Of a stretch of 64,000 bases of DNA, positions 62,066 to 64,000 are shown in pieces; the first letter of the stretch is position 1, and every line of letters starts with the position of its first letter. Source of the DNA: Bispira polyomma (taxonomy: Eukaryota); assembly GCA_965649765.1 (NCBI GenBank), contig OZ287748.1, positions 101,370,001 through 101,434,000 on the forward strand. Reading direction: 5' to 3'. The position numbers and the translations under genes are program-made. The notes under the pieces are model-generated. The model saw nothing but the letters and a program-made list of their open reading frames with translations. It made no database searches and was not told where the DNA came from.

Positions 62066-64000
62066 TCTTTAATAAGTTATACAATATGACTTAAACAATT
62101 ATAATCTATAACTTAAAGGTCACCTTAAACCAACTTTGAGTTTAAATTGTAACTTAACTTGAGTATGAAGAATTGGTTAAAGTTTACAGTTTAAGTTTAC
62201 TGGTGCTCTTAACTAAGATTTAAGAGCTCACCTTAACAGTACTTTAAGGTTGCCCTAACCTAAGGGCAGTAAGGTTACCTTAACCTTTTTGTTTTAGGTG
62301 ACCCTAATCTGAAGGGGCCTTTATGAATTTTGAAAAGAGTTTTAGTTAAGTTGACCTAAACTTGCAACGTATACAACGTATTGTCAATCTGAGTTAGTTC
62401 TATAGAAGTTGCTAACCAGACTGGATTTTCTACTAATGAATTCAATTCTTGGACATTATTTCATGAATTTTTCCATCGTGACAACAGGTCAGCGATTCTG
62501 TTGTCTTTACCCATTACGTGTATGTATTAGACATCAATATCTGCTGTGGCTGCCATATACCAAATGTTTCGAGCACACGCTGATAGATATGGGTCTCTTG
62601 CCCTACCAGATTTCAATACACTCACGACTGCTTGGTTATCACATTTGATGAGGACCTTAGTACCTTTCCAGTAATTTTTATATAACTTTAAGGCTACCAC
62701 TATGTTGATCATTTCAAGGTGAACAATTCCAAGACTTTCGAAATTTAGTGAAATAGGGAGGTGGTAAACCAGATGTCTCCATCTACCACCTAGACCATGC
62801 AGGCAAGCATCTAGCTCAAGTGTTTGATCAATGACCTTATGTCCATACATGGACACCCCATTGTACAAAGGTAGAAACCGGTCAAACCATCTGAGGTCGC
62901 GTTTGAAATCTTCTGTAATCATTAATCTATTTAGGTTTGCAATGCCCCTAAGCAGTTCCAACATTCGATTTAAGAAAAACCTTGCCGGCTTTACACACTT
63001 ATGGATATAAAGTAGCTGACCCAGTAATGATTGTAACTGTCTTTTGGTGCAATGGGTTTTGTTTTGCCACTGGCCTACTGTGGTTCTAATATGTTTTAAT
63101 TTTTCGTCCGGTATGGAAACCGTGCCCTGAACTGTGTCAATGAGTATACCCAGACACACCGCTTTTGTGGATGGAGCCACTAATTTTTTCTGACTTATAG
63201 TAAGTCCTAATTTCTCCATTGTGTCATACAAATATTCAAACAACCTTTTTTGCTGACGTGGGCATACCGTACCCTAAAAAATAGTCGATGTAGTTAATGA
63301 CGCTGTGTCCACGTTGACGCATGACGTAATGCACTGCTTCACTGACACGTTGAAAAAACTTGCTTCTGTGCCTACTGCCAAACGGGAGGCATGTATCTAT
63401 ATATGTACCTTTCCAATTTAATCTTAACAGGTCATAATCCATAGGATCTATTTTTAAGTGTCGAAATGCACGGCTCACGTCCAACTTGTAAATATGGGCA
63501 CCTTTACCTAACTTGGTTAATTCCTTTATTAAGTCGTCAATAGTAGAAAAGCTAAGATTGAAATCACCGCCTAAATAGCTGTCTTTCTCCACTTCTACAT
63601 TTACTGAATTACCTTTTGGCCAACTCAAGTCTATAATGACATGCCTATTGTCTGAATTTGGTTTGTTTCTGGTCATAAATGGGGAGTGGTGACCATTCTC
63701 AATAGGATTTTTTATGAATGGGCCTATTATGGCCCCGTGCCGCTTTTCTTCCTCTAAATAGACCTCCACATCTTTGGGGTATTCAATGGCAGATTTGTGA
63801 TTGTCAACATCACACCTGAGTTGACACTTTCTGTTAAAGCCTAAAGGGAGCCCGAACTCAATTAATTCAAGTAACTGTTGGTCCCAGTAATCACTTAACA
63901 TGGACTTCCATTGTTTTGTGTTTAATTGTGACACTACTGGAATACGAGACCCCATAAAATTAGGCTTACCCCTTTTCTTTACCTCGTGGTGTAATTGAAT
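62066..64000 (-). mobile_element. DIRS/Ngaro copy 3 (RT + RNase H, YR missing; runs off the window end)
   Basis: 63236-63955 RT (KLDVSRAFRHL, LPFG) and 62527-63243 RNase H (LDACLHGLGG, CDNQAVV) followed directly by an AT-rich B-like tract. Confidence 0.88.

Overview
AT-rich, repeat-dense animal genomic DNA, probably lophotrochozoan or mollusc-like; this is inferred from the SINE types and tyrosinase-like genes, not proven. One intact host gene can be rebuilt by hand: a 15-coding-exon SLC5A8/12/SMVT-type sodium:solute symporter on the minus strand (11273-33710, 650 aa, all introns GT-AG and phase-consistent). Its introns hold a Neptune-type Penelope-like element (14-bp TSD, separate ORF1, 48-bp terminal fold-back), a degenerate Academ-like DNA transposon with ~450-bp TIRs, SINEs and minisatellites. 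The rest of the window is mostly transposons: four DIRS/Ngaro tyrosine-recombinase retrotransposon copies (one complete A1-ORFs-B1-A2-B2 copy nested in a decayed Gypsy element, two partial copies, one ORF-less A-B remnant), a solo LTR, L2/RTE remnants and a Harbinger MADF remnant. There are also an EGF+Link-module pseudogene and a ~4.5-kb tandem duplication carrying two tyrosinase-like pseudogenes. The most interesting signal is an apparent expression program in the Ngaro elements: (i) a -1 ribosomal frameshift cassette (A_AAA_AAC plus hairpin) at the gag stop, conserved and in frame with pol in two divergent families; (ii) a phase-matched splice that would fuse the Gag N-terminus to the tyrosine recombinase; (iii) a 5' half of tRNA-Gly(GCC) in one leader; (iv) a conserved long-range stem in repeat B. 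Family assignments come from motif recognition by eye; no searches were run.
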